64,000 nucleotides of DNA, taken from Malacoraja senta (Eukaryota). Location: assembly GCA_038087875.1 (NCBI GenBank), contig CM075992.1:1552001-1616000 (forward strand), written 5' to 3'. Every line of letters begins with the position of its first letter. Position 1 is the first letter of the stretch. Position numbers and translations under genes: made by a program. Positions 25,834-39,626 of the stretch are shown here, piece by piece. The notes below the pieces were generated by a model that saw nothing but the letters and a program-made list of their open reading frames with translations, was not told where the DNA came from and made no database searches.

Positions 25834-26356
25834 GAACGTGTTTTATATACAAACACATTGCCTTTCTTGATACAGTCATGTTCCATAATATTAATGGTCT
25901 ACCCCCCCCCCCCCCCCCTCTCCCGGATGTCTCAATTCACCACATCCTCCCTCTACCCATACCACATGGCTTTGCACATCTTTCCTTTCCCATCCCTGAG
26001 GTACTTACCTTTTCGCTAGCTACCCTCTCTTGCTTCTAATATACTTATTAACAGGTTTAGTCTAACCATTTTTACTACCAGCCACCATAGGGGCACATGT
26101 GTTGTTCCTGGGCTCTGTCAGACTTGGAGAAAATGTATATTTCCCAACAGTATGCAGGAAGGAACTGCAGATGAAGAGAGACACAAAAATGCTGGAGTAA
26201 CTCAGCGGGACTCTCGACTCGACCAGAAACGTCACCCATCCCTTCTCTCCAGAGATGCTGTCTGACCCACCGAGTTACTCCAGCTTGTTGTGCCCTTCTT
26301 CGGTTTAAACTAGCACCTGCAGTTCCTTCCTAACAAAAGCTCTGCCCTGCTTTGGA

Positions 26357-26968
<612 letters not shown>

Positions 26969-27380
26969 AGAGGAATGGGTGACGTTTCGGGTCGAGTCGA
27001 GAGTCCCGCTGAGTTACTCCAGCATATGTGTGTCTATCTCCTAAGGTCCATTGGTGGCCAGAAGGGCTCGGGTCTTAGATTATTCTGGTGGGAAGTCTAT
27101 ATATATATATTTTTTAAACCAGAAAGCTATTCCAGAAAGAGTGAAAGGACATGCAAGGTTTAGAGCGCAAGGGGGACGTTTACGTGTTGTGTGGGGGAAT
27201 CATACAGCCTGCCTGCCTCTGCCTGCTTGCTGAATGTTGGTGTTTTTGCAGTTTACGGAACTGCAGGAGGCGGAAGCTGCAGCGGCTCAGCTCGGAACAG
27301 ATTCGACGGGCCATTTAACCGGGTCACTGATCTGGGCACGATGCCACACGCAAAGACAGCGTGATCCGTCCTGTGTTCTT

Positions 27381-27631
27381 TATAAAGGAGCAGGGTGGAG
27401 CAGAAAGGCATCGCGTAAGATTCAGTATAAGGGGGTAGAAGGTGAGACCTGGGTCCCACACGGCGAGGTGCGAGAGGGAGGAGGTTGGTGGGTAGGAGAT
27501 GTTTACACTTACACTTAAGGCAATCTGGCTTTCTTTTCAGGTCGCGGGCTGATCGGTCTTTTGGGACTTTCTAAGGCAAAGCTGGGAGTTGGAGAAGCAT
27601 TAAAACCAGATTCCAGACGGAGGAAATGGAG
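27381..27631 (+). promoter_or_regulatory. Putative ACP5 TATA box and 5' exons (non-coding exon ending 27441; exon 27541-27631 ending in ATG GAG)
   Basis: TATAAA at 27381-27386. Donor AAG|GTGAGA at 27441/2. Acceptor ttcttttcag| at 27540. Kozak-like gaaATGG at 27626 followed by donor |GTGAGG. Confidence 0.55.
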
Positions 27632-30600
27632 GTGAGGTCCGGGAAGGGTTGGGTGTGGGTCTCAAAATAATTGGTGGCTCAGGTGTGAAACCTGTGCATG
27701 TTCAGGTACAAATTTTTCACACAGAGAGTGGTGAATCTCTGGAACTCTCTGGCACAGAGGGTAGTTGAGGCCAGTTCATTGGCTATATTTAAGAGGGAGT
27801 TAGATGTGGCCCTTGTGGCTAAGGGGATCAGGGGGGTATGGAGAGAAGGTAGGTACGGGATACTGAGTTGGATGATCAGCCATGATCATATTGAATGGCG
27901 GTGCAGGCTCGAAGGGCCGAATGGCCTACTTCTGCACCTATTTTCTATGTATCTATGTAAATGCTGTGATCTTGACAGATTTCCTTACAGATACGTTTTA
28001 AAACCTTCGGATAGCCTATTCTATTCTCCTTTGGATTAAGTGTGGTCCATTATTTAAAAAAAAACAGGAGGTGAGGGTGACACATTCTGGCCCATGTTAA
28101 TGATAGCGTGCCAATCTATTTCACTCACCCTAATATTTCCATTGTTTTAACCTCAACAAAGTGGACAGATTTCATATCTCTCTCCTGAGGTTTACTCTCA
28201 CCATTGTTTCAAACGATCACTGCTTATGCCGACTAGTGTATACAGTGAGTAAATACTGTTTGCAAAATAGTGATTGTGCAGGAAACCACTTGAAATGTTT
28301 AGCAGGTTGTGCAGTGTCTGTGGTGAGATTTAAAAAATATATATAGTTTAAATTATGATTCATAAGTTAATGATAGATGCATTTTAAACAATGAAGCAGA
28401 AGAGAAACTGGAAAAGGAGAAAGAACTAGTAAAATGTTTGGAGCTAAACAACTTGCAATACCTGGCTTATAACTTGGTAAAATAATAAGACAGACACAAA
28501 ATGCTGGAGTAACTCAGCGGGACAGGCAGCATCTGTGGAGAGAAGGAATGGGGAGATTCCTTCTCACCTGAGACTTTGCCTGTCCCGCTGAGTTACTCCA
28601 GCATTTTGTGTCTATCTTCGGTTTAAACCAGCATCTACAGTTCCTTCCTACACATTTGGTAAAATAATAAATTGTCCTTGGATGGAACCTGATGCAGGTT
28701 CATTAGATTAGTACCAGGGCCTCTGGAGGATTAAGGATATAAACCTGGCCTATCATTCCTTACATTGAGAAGACTGAGTGTGGAACTATTTAAGATGTCT
28801 GAAATTATTAGGAAGGAACTGTAGAGGCTGGTTTATACCTGAGATAGACACAAAGTGCTGGAGGAACTCATCGGGTCAGGCAGCATCTCTGGAGAAAAGG
28901 AACAGGGTTGGAAAGTCTGATGAAGGGTTCCAACTCCAGAGATGCTGTCTGACCCACTGAGTTAACAGACAATAGACAACAGGTGCAGGAGTAGGCCATT
29001 CGGCCCTTCGAGCCAGCACCGCCATTCAATGTGATCATGGCTGATCATCCCCAATCAGCACCCCGTTCCTGCCTTCTCCCCATATCCCCTGACTCCGTCC
29101 GCTATCTTTAAGAGCCCTATCTAGCTCTCTCTTGAAAGCATCCAGAGAACTGGCCTCCACCGCCCTCTGGCAGAGATTTCCACAGACTCACCACTCCTCC
29201 AGTTCCTCCAGCACCTTGTGTCTATCTTCTGACTAAAATGATAATGGTTTGATACAGTGGACTGAGATAAACGATTTCCTTTGGAGTGGGAAATTGGAGC
29301 AAAAATGCATTATTCTTGAAATTGTAGCTGGGTGGAAGTCAGTTTTCGAGATTGAAATCCCTAGATTTTACCAGGTAACAGCATGAGAGAAAAATTAGAT
29401 AGAGAGGAACAGAAAATGAAACAGACTCATGGGACTAAAGGACTACTTCCCGTTCCAAGCTCCCTTAGTGCTGACCTTGTATATCTAAAATGAAAACTGT
29501 TGCTTTACTCAGCAGGAACAATCCATGGAAAAGCTGGGCTAATCAGCAAGAGATGTGATTAAAGTGTAAACAAAGCAAGTTAAAACCTGTTCCAGGGCAG
29601 AGTCCAAAAGCTCAGCCCTGGTTTGGATCAGATCAAATTAAGTGAATTGGGTCACTCGTACAAAAACCCACCTGATAACTAGAAATGATCTGAAGAAGGG
29701 TCTGAAGAAGGGTTTCGACCCGAAACGTTGCCTAATTCCTTCTTTCCATAGATGCTGCTGCACCCGCTGAGTTTCTCCAGCACTTTTGTCTACCTTCGAT
29801 TTTCCAGCATCTGCAGTTCCTTGAAAAAAACTATAAATGATCCTGGGTCTGGGTATGTTGGGGAAGGTTCAGTTCTCTAAAGCACAGGACACATCCTGTA
29901 AATTGCTGAAGACTCACATACAGTATGTACACTCAAAGTGTGTGGGAAGGAACTGCAGGTGCAGGTTTAAACCGAAGATAGACACAGAATGCTGGAGTAA
30001 CTCAGCGGGACAGGCAGCATCTCTGGAGAGAAGGAATGGGTGATGTTTCCGGCCGAGACCCTTCTTCAGACTGAACCATATTCAAAGTTGTTGAATATAG
30101 ACCGGTGGGAGGGATGGACAGAAGAACCCGGCATATTAGAATTATAACAGGGTAAATTCCACAGGGTATTAACCAAAATGTGTGTCAGTTTCAGGTTGCA
30201 ATATTTGTTCAAGTTGCATTGATGTTCCCAGTCATTCTCCATGAAGTAATGGCAGGCCCCAGTCCTGCTGCTAAGATGGGTAAGCATTCTTCATTTGTGT
30301 GGATGTAGGAGCTGACTTGCACACCTTCATGGTCAGAGGGAAATATTTAAATCTGATTCCTATAGAATGCTGTACTTAGTGTTGTTACCAGTTGGTCTTA
30401 TTTCTTGTGACTCTTTGTCATGTTCTGCATTGCCTTCCCTTGTGTTATCAGTGGATGTTGTACTGATAAATGTAATGCCAATGAGAGTAAGGTTGACGGT
30501 ACAGGTGGCGATCCAAGACGTCTGCAAGTGCAGAAACCCTTTTCACTTTCATATTACTTTCAGGTTTGTATGAAAATGTGGGATTTGGTGGGATCTACTG

Positions 30601-33600
30601 ATTTTTTTTTTGGACTAGTTCAAAGGTTTGTGAGGCTGAACCCAATTCATGGTATCTCTGTACCATCTGCTCATAAGCTTTAGTCAGAGAACCACTGCTG
30701 GCTACCAGGGTGTCAAGTCAAGTCAAGCCACATTTATTTATAAACATTTAAACAACTCTCGTTGGCCAAAGTGCTTTACATTTGTTATAAGAATAATATA
30801 AACAAACAAACTACATACATAGATACATGTAGCCCTCACTCAGAGGAGTCAAGAAAGGCTTGGGAGTATAGATAAGTTTTTAGTCTTGACTTAAAGGAGT
30901 CGATGGAGGGGGCAGTTCTGATGGGAAGGGGGATGCTGTTCCACAGTCTAGGAGCTGCAACCGCAAAGGCCCGGTCGCCCCTGAGCTAATGCCTAGACCG
31001 TGGGATATTCAGCAACCCCAAGTCGGCCGCTCTGAGGGACCTGGAGGTGGAGTGGTGGGTGAGAAGACTTTTAATGTAGGTGGGGGCAAGCCCATTGAGG
31101 GCTTTGTAGACATAGAGGAGGATCTTGAAGTTTATACGGAACCGCACAGGGAGCCAGTGGAGAGAGGCCAGGATCGGGGTGATGTGGTCCCTTTTTCGGG
31201 TGCCCGTCAGGAGTCTCGCTGCGGCGTTTTGGACCAGTTGCAGGCGGGACAGGGAAGATTGGCAGGGAAGGGTGGATGTTCAGCATGGGGGAATGTGTCC
31301 ATGTGGGATGGGATGAGTGGTCTGTATTTCCGAGCAGTTAATGATTGGATTAGAGTACTGGATTAAACATGTTTGCTCAATGATGTTATTTTGGTTAGTT
31401 TTCTGGATGGGCACTGATGATCTTCCTTTGTGTGAAGGATGGAGTGATATTCCCAATCTCAACATGGCGAAGTGCAGTTTATCAGTGTGAGGGCTTGTAC
31501 ATCATTCAAATTCTGAAAGTGGTGAGGAGAAAGAAACCGGAAGGGGTGGGGGAAGATGCGTTGTTGGATAGCAATATCAAAAAGTTTGCCTTTTGAGACT
31601 AAAGCAGACGAAAAGGCCATTCAATCCATTACGCCTGTGCTGCTTCTCGTTCTTTGACTGTGTGTTTCATCCGTCCCGACGTCGGAGCTTCGATTGTCCC
31701 GACGAGAGGGCTTGCACATCGGGCCGTCCGCAGCGGCAACTGCAGAGGGTCAAGGCAACAAACACGGGTGAACTAAAGGAGGAAGACTGATTGAACTTTA
31801 TTGCCTTCCGTCACAGTGATCACTGCGGTGGACCTTTATGTTAAGTTCTATCGTTCTTTTAATTATGTTGTGTTCTTTTAATTGTATGGCTGCATGGTAA
31901 CCCAAATATCACTGTACCTTAATTGGTGCACGCGACAATAAATGTGAACGTGAATCTGATATTTGTATAATCTGTGTGAATCTTTGCTTTCTTACTCTTT
32001 TCAGATAGCTCCAAATCTGTCCGTTTCTTGGCACTCGGTGACTGGGGTGGGCTCCCATTTGCACCGTACACAACACCGGTGGAGAAGAGTACAGCCCACC
32101 AAATGGGGGTTGTTGCCGAGACAATGGGCGTCGACTTCATTCTGGCGTTGGGGGATAACTTTTATTTCAGTGGAGTTAGCGATATTACTGACACCAGATT
32201 TCAGGTATGTTGGAGTTCCCATAATTCTCATAATCCGGTAGTGGCTGGAGCAAGTCTAGTGAATGTCCATCGCCTGATGTAGCTTGAGGCCAATAGCTTG
32301 ATGTTCAGAGGTTGCAGTTGTTCTTTGTAATCACAGGAAACGTTTGAGGAAATCTATTCTGCCAAGTCACTGAAGGATGTACCCTGGTTTGTTGTAGCAG
32401 GAAACCATGATCACTCCGGCAATGTAACTGCACAGATCGAATATTCCAAAGTATCCAAGCGATGGTGAGATGGGTTATTTCCTGCAGTTTCCCATTTCTC
32501 CAACATCTTCCAGATGCATTTCACACTAAATGACACGCTGTTTGATTTTTTGCAGGAATTTTCCACATTATTACTATGACCTGAATTTCACCATAGCAGG
32601 CACCAATATCACCATTACAATACTCATGCTGGATACAGTTTTGTTATGTGGAAACTCTGATGATTTCTCGGGAATGGAACCAGAAGGACCAAAGGATTAC
32701 AATGTGGCTAACACACAACTGAAGTGGATTCAGGATAAGTTGAAGGGTTCCAGGTATGTAGACTTGCTTCATTCTAAATCAAATAAGCAGTCTGTCCAAG
32801 CTGTTCTCAAATAAAGACACAAAATGCTAGAGTAACTCTGTGGGTCAGACAGCTTCTCTGGAGAAAAGGAATAGGTGATGTTTTGGGTTGAGACTCTTCT
32901 TCACACCCAAAACGTCACCTATTCCTTTTCTCCAGAGATGCTGTATGACCTACCTTCGGTTTCAATTTCAATTTTCAATTTCAATTCAAATTTCAATTCA
33001 ATTCAACTTTAATGTCATTGCACAAAGACTGAGTATGCGTACAACGAAATGCAGTTTTGCGTCAGTCCGTAGTAGTAGTGCAATATAGAAATTTAAAAAA
33101 AAAAAGAGGATACAGAATAATCAAAATACAGAATAATTAACAATGGGGACGGAGGGACCGGAGGAATCTATCGGCGGGTATGCGACGGTATAATTGTAGA
33201 AGCTGTTCCTCATCCTACTGGTACGAGACTTGAGGCTCTTGTACCGCCTCCCTGATGGGAGGAGGGCAAACAGTCCATGGTTGGGGTGGGAGGGGTCTTT
33301 AATGCTAGTTTAAACTAGCATCTGTAGTTCCTTCCTATACACTAAAAGTTTGCAATATAGTTTAGCTGTTCAGACACAGAACAAGATTGCATTTGTAAAA
33401 TATCTTCAACGTCTTTGGAATATATCCTAAGTTTACCACAGCCAATCAATTATTTCATTAAATGCAACCACTTACATAATGCAGATAAACATAGCAGCAA
33501 TTATTGTAGAACAATTAAAAAAATGACGAGGTAATCTACTTTGGTTGACAGATAAATGTTATACAGCTCACCAGGAAATCTTTTCTTGCTCCTCCTCAAA

Positions 33601-36600
33601 AGGCTCTAAATAATTACAAGAAATCTTCAATACTCCAGCATCTGATTGTTCAGAAATTCTGATAGTTTGTCATCTGGCTCATTATTAGTTCAGTCGGGGT
33701 ACAGAATGCAAGCTGGTGGGGCTAGTGTAGCTGGGACATGTTGGCCAGTATGGGAATGTTGGGCCAAAGGGCCTGTTTCCACAGTGTATCACTGTATGAG
33801 TGTGTAGAATGCACCTTGTAGTCTAGAGCTGGGGGTCAGGGTCTGGAACACTGGAGGTGAGGAAAGTAAGTAGGTTTGCAATCGGACCCGGGGTCTGGAA
33901 TGCTTGTATTTCCACCTACCTTTAAACTCACAGGGTTCTCTGGAAAATGTATTACCTAGTGGTAGGCTCCCCTCGGTCATGACTGACCACGGGTGATGCA
34001 TCTTAGTTTGCAGGTGATGTGTGGTCGGATGCAAGCCTGGGTGATGTCATATGGAGGCTGTTGCCCATGCAGCACGTCCCCCCTCTCCACGTCGCTGATC
34101 GATCCAAAGGAACAGCAGGGCCGTTACAGTTTGGCACCAGCGCCGTCGCAGGAGCGGCCAGAAGTTGTAGACTGCCTTAGGGGCTCCGATTTTCTTGAGG
34201 TTTACTCCAGGAGCCTTTTCCATGACTGGATACGGCCACAAGGCAGTGGAGGTTTTAAATCAGAGTTTTCCCTCTCCTAGATGGACTGCCTTCCCAGGCT
34301 GACGAGCCCCATCTGCCCGAGACTCGTGGGGGCGGGAGCGTCTACCTTCCCGTGCAGGTCTATAGCACCTGCCCGCTACCCATAGCAAAAAAATATATAT
34401 ATATTATACTACTGTGTAATATGTATCAAAAATGAAATAAGTGTTTTGGGGTATTACATCACTTGGAGGAACATCCAGTTGTCCGAATAATTAAGGGTCT
34501 CGGTTTTGAATTGTATATCAATGACCCAAAAGATGCAGTGTTTTCCTAGAAATGCTGAAATGGTTAAAGTTCCCTCCATACACATCAGGAAGTTCACCCA
34601 TGCACATCAGGAAGTGCAGGTGTACACTCACGTGGAATTTCCAAACATCCTGAGAGGTACTTTCCAAAGAGTAATTTGAGGTTTTTGAGTATATGTACTT
34701 ACAAGCATTAGAACGCTTTAACGACTGTTTTAGTCTGAGAACTTGGCTTAGCCAGATGTCAAATCACGTCAACAAACAGGGCTTGTGCAAATACTGCCAT
34801 GTGATGCCGCATGCTGGCCCAGCTTTCCCACTTGAACGTTCACACAATGTAGATCTGAGTTTGGACTATGGTAAACTGAGGACAGTCCCTGCTTCATGGA
34901 TATTCCGAGCCATGGTATTCAGTACTGTGCTACCTCATGCAATCAAGTCCGAGAATGGGGGCTTTAAACCTATGACTTTCCAAATTGGGCAAGAGTCCAA
35001 TCTTGACAATTGAACAATCACAGTGACATCGCACAGTCAATATATAGTCAGGATAGGGCATTAGTTCTCTGTGCTCTTTGTCTCTGTCTCATCCATTCTA
35101 ATAGTTGAGGGCTGAATTAACAGATGCAGGAGAACCAAATGGCTCTACCTTTATAGACTTGTATCTGGCATCCTTTTAATGTCATTTTATATAGCATCCT
35201 CAATGCAGAAAATGTCTTAAGAGTTTGGAGGTGGAACTAGAGAAAATTAGAGAATGTTTTGCTTCTGATTAATTATTCCTTCTTTCTTACAGGTCAGACT
35301 TCCTGATTGTGGCCGGTCACTACCCAGTTTGGTCAATTGCTGAGCATGGACCCACCAAGTGTCTGGTCCAGAAATTGTATCCCCTGCTCACTCAGTACAG
35401 GGTCAGTGCATACTTCTGTGGACATGACCATAACCTGCAGGTAGGGAGCAGAAAACGCTAGAGATGTTATTAGCATGTTACTGTTAACACTTGGACTTTC
35501 AAAAATCTATTGAGTATTCTGCTTGCAACTTGCTGTGCTGTTACTGCAAGTATGAATTTCATTGTTCTGTTTCAGGACATATGACAATTAAACACTTGAC
35601 TTTTGACAATAATTTAAGATGAATAATATGATGTATTGGTAGATGGTATAGAGAATTTTCTATTGATGATCAAGTATTGGAATTCAGAAGATTGAGGGGG
35701 GATCTTATAGAAACTTACAAAATTCTTAAGGGGTTGGACAGGCTAGATGCAGGAAGATTATTCCCGATGTTGGGGAAGTCCAGAACTAGGGGTCACAGTT
35801 TAAGGATAAGGGGGAAGACTTTTAGGACCGAGATGAGGAAATCATTTTTTTACACAGAGAGTGGTGAATCTGTGGAATTCTCTGCCACAGAAGGTAGTTG
35901 AGGCCAGTTCATTGGCTATATTTAAGAGGGAGTTAGATGTGGCCCTTGTAGCTAAAGGGATCAGGGGGTATGGAGAGAAGGCAGGGATGGGATACTGAGT
36001 TGGTTGATCAGCCATGATCATATCAAATGGCGGTGCAGGCTCGAAGGGCCGAATGGCCTACTCCTGCACCTATTTTCTATGTTTCTATGTTACTATTGCC
36101 GTTCAATAAGTCGTTGGTAGATTTTTGGAGCATTCCCGCAATAAACAAGTGCGATTTGGTTGAACCTATGCTGCCTTGATTTTATATTTATATAGGCATA
36201 TTGTAACATTGGATACTGTTGTGTGAATTCTGGCTATCCTGGCTGTGATTCATAAACAGAGGCATGGAGTACAAATCCAGAGAGGTGTTGTGTAAGTAGG
36301 AACTGCAGATGCTGGTTTAAACCAAAGATGGGCACAAAAAGCTGGAGTAACTCAGCGGGCCAGGCAGCATCTCTGGAGAAAAGGAATGGGTGACGTTTCG
36401 GGTCGAAACCCTTCTTCAGAGTTATGTTGAATATGTATAAAACACCGATCAAGCCACAACTAAAGTATTGTGTCCAATTCCTCCCATTTATTTGGGAATG
36501 ATATGAAGGTCCTAGAGAATGGTTCCAGGGAAGTGGGATTTCAGTCATAAAGTTAGGCTGGAGAAGCAGGTATTGAGAGGAGACGTTAGAACTGAGCATT

Positions 36601-37590
36601 TCCGTTGATGCTTCGAATAGAATAAATAATTGTTCCAATTACTGAATGGGTTAAGAACCACTGATACAGATTTAAAGTTTTGGGTACAACTTCTGAATCA
36701 AGAGGTTTGGTGGGCAAAAGATGAGGGGAATGTGGGGATTTTCTTTTAAGAATATTTACAATTTGGAACTTACAATCTATAAGGTTAGTGGAAACTGCTA
36801 ATCTGGGCTTAGAAAAGGAATTGGAAAGATACCAAAGGGAAATTGCAGGAGAGCAAAAGAACAGGAATGTGGTGTGATTGTTCAACAAGGATCTGACACA
36901 GTGGGCCATAAGGTCTCCTGTGTTTTTGACTGTTGGATTGTCCCTCTTCCCAAGGTCAGTGGACCAAATCCAATTGGAATGTCCATGATTATTCTCTTGG
37001 TTTTGACTAACTACCGCAGTAGACTGAGATTTAAACTTGCCATTTAAATCTTATCATGCAAATTAAAGAACGTTACCAGAGCATTTGTCCCATACCAACC
37101 AAATAGACATACGTACATGCCAGACAGTAGTTATCCATTGAACAAATGGCAACATGCTGAACTATCAGCATGCGACATTGACAGTTTATTGTATGCAGTG
37201 TCTTTAGTTGTTGCTTGCCTTTCCAACCTTGCTCGGTAATGAGCAATGACATTGGGTTATCTATAAATATGAGTCTCGAGATATATAGAATGGGTGGGAT
37301 TCATTTAAATACAAAGATTAAGAATTTCCTCCTCTCCTTTGTTTCAGTTTATTCAGGATAGCAATGGGATTGGCTATGTCCTAAGTGGAGCTGGAAACTT
37401 CATGGAATACTCAACCAAACATAAGCATCTTGTTCCAAAGGATTGGTTGAAATTCTTCTATGCAGATATTAGCTCCTTAGGGGGCTTTGCTTATGTGGAG
37501 ATAACGCCGGAGCAGATGATCATCACCTTCATCGAGGCCCATGGTAAATCGCTGTATCAGACCTCCATCCCCAGGCGATCAGACAGATGA
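27626..37590 (+). CDS. ACP5: Tartrate-resistant acid phosphatase type 5 (purple acid phosphatase)
   Basis: Secure exons: 32005-32204 ([20 protein letters not shown]), 32337-32464 (VAGNHDH), 32556-32753, 35293-35440 ([14 protein letters not shown]), 37348-37590 (stop). All are GT-AG and phase-consistent, and all seven metal ligands are present. The 5' exons 27626-27631 and 30392-30486 are tentative (see findings). AATAAA at 38296-38301. Confidence 0.95.
29702..29729 (+). ncRNA. Minimal hammerhead ribozyme-like motif (sense orientation in an ACP5 5' intron)
   Basis: CTGAAGA-A-GGGT(TTCG)ACCC-GAAA-CGTT. Confidence 0.6.
30716..31265 (-). mobile_element. L2-clade LINE 3' fragment
   Basis: Minus strand reads [44 protein letters not shown]; (GACTT)n tail at ~30713-30726. 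Confidence 0.8.
33960..34380 (-). mobile_element. GC-rich interspersed-repeat-like insert in an ACP5 intron (unclassified; possibly the 5' region of a non-LTR element)
   Basis: Abrupt GC/CpG-rich block in an AT-rich intron. The minus strand gggcagatggggctcgtcagcctgggaaggcagtccatctaggagagggaaaactctg resembles retroelement 5' leaders I recall; the family is uncertain. Confidence 0.4.
36392..36419 (-). ncRNA. Minimal hammerhead ribozyme-like motif with GUC cleavage triplet
   Basis: Minus strand CTGAAGA-A-GGGT(TTCG)ACCC-GAAA-CGTC. Confidence 0.65.
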
Positions 37591-38979
37591 AGCTTCAGCC
37601 ATTTTATTGTTTGAAGAGGAAACAGTGCTATATTACAGACCTTGCTAAATTTAACCGAATTGGCTTATGCGATTCAGTCTCTTGAAGCTGGTTTGTTTGC
37701 TGAAGCTTTGTTCCTATTAGCCCAAATCTGTGAAATGGAACAGTCACCAACTTCCTACCCATACAAATGTTTGAGTTCTGTTGCTAATTGCCACACCTAG
37801 GCAGCAGAGTGCCAACGATTCCTTTCCTTCCAACTTAGCAATGCAATACTCTCATTCTCAGGTTTTGGCAGCTCTCAGATCAATTTCATATTTGATATAC
37901 ATATCAAATTGCATTTGCAATTATTGAAAAAACACAAGCAGAGTGGCTCACTGTAAGGAGATATGACCCGCCATGCTTCTCTTAGGAGTTATGACCCGAT
38001 AGGCTTTTCTGAAACACAATTTTTAATGTTAGAAAACTTCATTTGCAGAGATGCCAACTTTTTACTGCGCAGGTAGCAGCATACAAGGACAAGCGTGTGA
38101 ATCAGCTACTGGCTGCTGGTATAACAATCACAACAAAACCAAAACCATCACAAAAACAATGTCAAATAATCCATGACTGTGTTTGTTGCAGCTGATGTTT
38201 GAACTTTTTATATGTTTGTAAATCAGTTTTTGGGATGTGAATTGTTCCAATTTCTCTGGTATTCTTTTGTACAATTCTGGACTATTGAGCTTTTGAATAA
38301 ATATTAAACAAATGCCATATTTTGTCACCTCTAAATTAAAACTGCACATTGCAGTGGTCACACTTGTTTATTTGCACTTAAACCCCAGTATCAGATCTTG
38401 CAGGTGCAGCATTTCCATGTGTTGCTGTGGGTGCGCTGAGCTCACCCATATGCTGTATGTGGCCGCAACTCTTTATAAACTGCACAGCTAATTTAAATGA
38501 TTCTTTCATTTTTATTGCTTCCACATTTCAGACCACATGTAACGAAGATTGAAGAATCAAAAGTAGCGACAATCTCATTGCTTTTACAGAACTTCCTGGT
38601 TGTTATAAATGTATCTGCATACATACTGTGTTGAGCCAAAAACACTTGTCATTTGGAAAATGCTGACAGCCAAGGTTGTGGCGATGGCAATACTGTTTAC
38701 ACTCTTGCACAATAAGCTGAAGGAACTTCATATGCATATTTACTTTAACAGCCACGCAGTAACCAAGGAAGTAAACCTCTCGCAACAAACTTTGCATAAA
38801 AGAAAAATCTGCTTCGCTATTTACTAAGGGCGGCAAGGTGGCGCAGCGGTAGAGTTGCTGCCTACAGCGTCAGAGACCCAGGTTCGATCCTGACTACAGG
38901 TGCTGTCTGTACGGAATTTGTATGTTCTCCCTGTGACCGCGTGGGTTTCCTCTGGGTGCTCTGGTTTCCTCCCACACTC

Positions 38980-39230
38980 CACATCTCTGTCCTCCATGCA
39001 GCTGGCAAGCTCCTCTTTGGTCTGTCTTGCTTGGCCGTCCCGGGGCAAGTCGTTCATGGGTGGCTTCCTACAGCACAACCTTGTTTGCTGGCATTTCTGG
39101 GTGACGGAGGCAGTGCCAGCGAGCCTCCTCGACCTGATCTTCTTGGTCAAAGGTGTAATCTCCTCATGGAGCTGGGCCATGTAAGGTACCATTGAGAGAC
39201 TTGGACTAATGCTCGAGTGAGAGTCCATGC
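38980..39230 (-). mobile_element. RTE-clade LINE 3' fragment abutting a truncated SINE
   Basis: Minus strand EEITPLTKKIRSRRLAG..EELASCMEDRD, typical of the C-terminus of RTE ORFs. Confidence 0.6.
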
Positions 39231-39626
39231 CTCACACCCGCACAATAATATGATCTCTACAGTTGCATGGAAGAATCTCAGTTTGAGATCTTGTAGAAAC
39301 ATATAAAATTCTTAAAAGGATTGGACAAATTCGATGCAGGAAACATGTTCCCAATGACGGGGGAGTCCAGAACCAGGGGTCACAGTTTAAGAACAAGGGG
39401 TAGGCCATTTAGGACTGAGATGAGGACAAAACCTTTTTACCCAGAGAGTTGTGAATCTGTGGAATTCTCTACCACAGAAGGCAGTGGAGGCCAATTCACT
39501 GGAATGTTTTCAAGAGAGAGTTAGATTTAGCTCTTAGGGCTAAGAGAATGAAGGGATATGGAGAAAAAGCAGGAAAGGGGTACTGATTTTAGATGATCAG
39601 CCATTCGAACTCGAAGGACCTACTTA

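Noticed and set aside
30366..30410. In-frame TGA in an alternative ACP5 leader frame as possible selenocysteine
   Set aside because: No SECIS recognised and ACP5 is not a known selenoprotein; the acceptor at 30391 explains the region better.
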